Assembly (NCBI GenBank): GCA_030704615.1
Contig: CM060733.1
Location: 41,788,001 to 41,852,000 of the forward strand
From: Takakia lepidozioides
Taxonomy: Eukaryota > Plantae > Bryophyta
DNA length: 64,000 bases
Reading direction: 5' to 3'
Under the pieces are notes generated by a model. That model saw only the letters and a program-made list of their open reading frames with translations. It was not told where the DNA came from and ran no database searches. Positions 61,214-64,000 of the stretch are shown here, one piece after another (positions within the stretch are counted from its first letter, which is position 1; each line of letters opens with the position of its first letter). The position numbers and the translations under genes were made by a program.

Positions 61214-64000
61214 GCACTACAGGCATTCCTGCAGTTGTTACAGCCAAAGCAGTTCTATGAGTCTAAGATGAAGAGAGTGAGAGGAATGGAGGAAATCAGG
61301 GTGAAGAGCACCACAATTCTGCAGAAACAAACGATGGCTACCCCACAGGCGATAAAGATACTGAAGGAGCTGAGATTGGAAGGATTGCAAAGCATGGATT
61401 GGACACTACACCATAGACAGTACATGTTACAATTTTTGCAGAACTTTGAGCCAAAGACAGGAACAACAACGGTGAAGGGAGTTGAATTAATGATTACTCC
61501 CCTATACCTCCAGCAATTGTTTCGATTGCCAGCAGGTCATGTGTATGTGGAGGAACACAGGGAAAGACTGCAAATAGGGGATTTATTCCAAGAAGGGAGT
61601 TTCTTTAAAACTCAGGGTTATGCTTGTACCAAAGCTGTGTACCCAGGGTTAAAAGACATAGGTCAAGTATTGAACGTTCTGATTGCCCTGAAACAGAACC
61701 AACAATATTTGAGCAGATCCTTCACAGAGAAAATCCTCAAAGGCTTGAAGGGACAAGAGGTACAATGGGCGGAAATAATGTACAACGCACTGGTAGAGGA
61801 GATGAAAAGATTACAAGGTACTACCGCAAAATCTCCTATCATAGTGTCTGGCCCAATCATTGCTCAAATAATCCTTAGTTCTGGCATACTTAATGCACAA
61901 GAAAGGAAGGAAATGGGAGTGTTTGAGCCAGAAACAACTGCAATGGAAGACCAAGGCTCTTCACACAGTGAGGGTGGACTAGCAGCACAACCCGAGACTA
62001 AGAGGCAGAGAAGGGGAAAGACTGTAGTGGCGGATCCACTGGCTTCACGGATTCCGCATGATAATGTTTCCCAAGCTCATGACCAGGAAGGGGCACAGCA
62101 GCACAAAAGAATGTTATTACTGGAAGCAGGACCTTCAGAGAGGGAGGAAGAAGTTACTTCTGCATCACAACCAACACAGCCACTTGAACGACTTGTCACA
62201 AGGTCACAAGTTATCCATGCAGCTCAACCCGAAATAATTGATTTGGAAAGTGAAGGGATAGATATTCCAACTACAGAACAGATAGTGGCAGAAATAGAGA
62301 AAGGGGACCTTCTCTATGAATATTCTGGTCTGGTCAAGCAGACAGAAATCCCAGAGGTGCAACAGTTGCCCAAGAGAAATCCTGAGGTACATATAATGCA
62401 CACACCTGTGTCGGAGGAACCACAGGCGGAAGGCCATGACACTGTAGCACCGGTCATAAATGAAGTAGTTCAGGAAGAAAATCCGGTGGGACAATGGTCT
62501 GAATGGTTAGTGAGACATCATACTGTTGAAGATCAGGAGGAACAGCAGCAACCTCACCATAATGACCCTCAACAGGCAATGCTGATGAGTTCCATAGGCA
62601 GGACACTTAATTTGTTGGGGACTTATGTCAAAACCCATGTTCCAATTACCCAATTGACAGCCTTGAAAGAAGAACTCAGGAAGGAGTTTGAGGCTCGACT
62701 TGCCACTGAGTGTGCAAACAAGGTCGATGAAGAGGTCACTCTCAAGATGAAGCAGGACTTGGCCAATACAGAAATGGCTTTGCAATTGGCCAAGCAACAA
62801 TTGATTGAGGCAGGCCTCGCGCAAGACCAGTTGCACGAAGCACATAAGCAACAGCTATACCAAATGCAGGTGCAGCATGAAAGCAAGTTGCAAGAACTGA
62901 ATGCACTACATACGGAGTTGCAGACAGTGCATAACAGGATGGCGATACAATGCGCTACATTTACAACTATGCTTGACCAATCAACAAAAGAAATAAACAG
63001 TCAAGCGGAAAAATGTACGAAGGCAGAAGAAGAGAATGTGGAACACATGAAGCTCATTGTCGATATGAAGAATACAATCTGTCGCAATGAAGATACTCTC
63101 AAGCAATACAGGCAGATGGAAGCTGAGAATGAGAAATACATCGTGGAGTTGCAACAAACCATCGTGGCCAATAGAAATGAAATCGCGGTCAGTAACAAGG
63201 CTTCGAAAGAAGCCAATAATCTACTTGCTGCCTATGCGCAATTGATTGAGCCACAGGCGAAGCGCATGAAGGCTTTACAACAGCAGTTGGAATTGTATAA
63301 GCTAAGAGAGGAGCAAACTCTCAGGGGAACCACAAGCAGCTTGGTGGATAACAGCCTTATGCAGGTCTGGTTAGGACAAGGGCCAGTAGAAGGCAAAGCC
63401 CCACGGAAGCTCACCCAAAGCGAGATGAATGAGCTTAGACTGCAGGTGCAGAACATTGCCACAACTACTATAGACAATGTCTATAGTAGGATAGCAGAGT
63501 TACAAGAGGATGTAGACGGACTCCAGACTCAAGTGGAAGACCTCACTTCAAACATCGACCAAAGAGTCTATATCCCTCAGGAACAGCTAATGGCTTCTTA
63601 TTTGCAAGCCAGACCTCTGGCTTTTCAGTCTTCACAGGAGGTGCAGGAGATGCCAATGGTACAGGAACCAGTACCACCACCACCACAACAGGTCAGTGTA
63701 CCAGTAGCTGAACCTGTGGTTACTACAACCACACCACAGCCACCACAGCCGGAGGTATGGGGCAATGCAGCTTTTAACCCACCTAAAACTCCAGCTGCCA
63801 GGGAGTACAGTAGGGCTATGATTATGCCCTTCAACCAAATTCCCATCATGTTGGATTTGGCTTGGAAAGAATTTAGTCCTCCGCAGTCATTCGCACATTA
63901 CTACCAAATCATGCGTATTTGGCTGCCAGTGGCAACCAGGACTAAAGTTCTTCCAAACAATCGACATATTGAAGATCATCACTTTGCACAATACTGGCAC
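61214..64000 (+). CDS. Large accessory ORF of E (open to the window end, over 900 aa): plant-transposon-type N-domain, acidic linker, coiled coil, Pro-rich region, C-domain
   Basis: Frame read by hand at both ends (in-frame ATG 61268); not in the ORF track, consistent with no stop before 64000; homologous to D ORFs. Confidence 0.8.

Overview
Eukaryotic, repeat-dense, probably heterochromatic plant DNA. TTTAGGG repeats, spliced genes and the Ty3/Gypsy lineages present suggest a non-seed plant (inference). The window is mostly nested Ty3/Gypsy LTR retrotransposons. A (1-5489, +) and B (19650-24500, -) are two degenerate copies of a family whose polyprotein carries a C5-cytosine DNA methyltransferase between protease and RT and a PHD finger after integrase. 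C (25822-32754, -) is a chromodomain-bearing chromovirus. D (24501-25821 plus 32755-34400, -) and E (43333-49934 plus 61212-64000, +) carry a very large extra ORF downstream of pol. F (49935-61211, -) is a near-complete element related to A/B. Also present: a Crinkler-like SAM + P-loop NTPase gene remnant with micro-exons, a Penelope-like RT fragment among telomere-repeat-headed units, and a 34.4-42.8 kb block with a head-to-head pair of unknown paralogues, a dispersed 20-bp palindrome and a spliced ParB-like + beta-class amino-methyltransferase gene. The most unusual observation is in the A/B/F clade. F reads Y-PBS-internal-PPT-X-Y-X, and A and B show the same PPT-X-Y-X 3' end, each with a palindromic CA-NN-TG site at the X|Y junction. 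This is the structure expected if a DDE integrase inserted a 2-LTR circle by cutting inside an LTR. All family assignments come from motif recognition by eye, not database searches.
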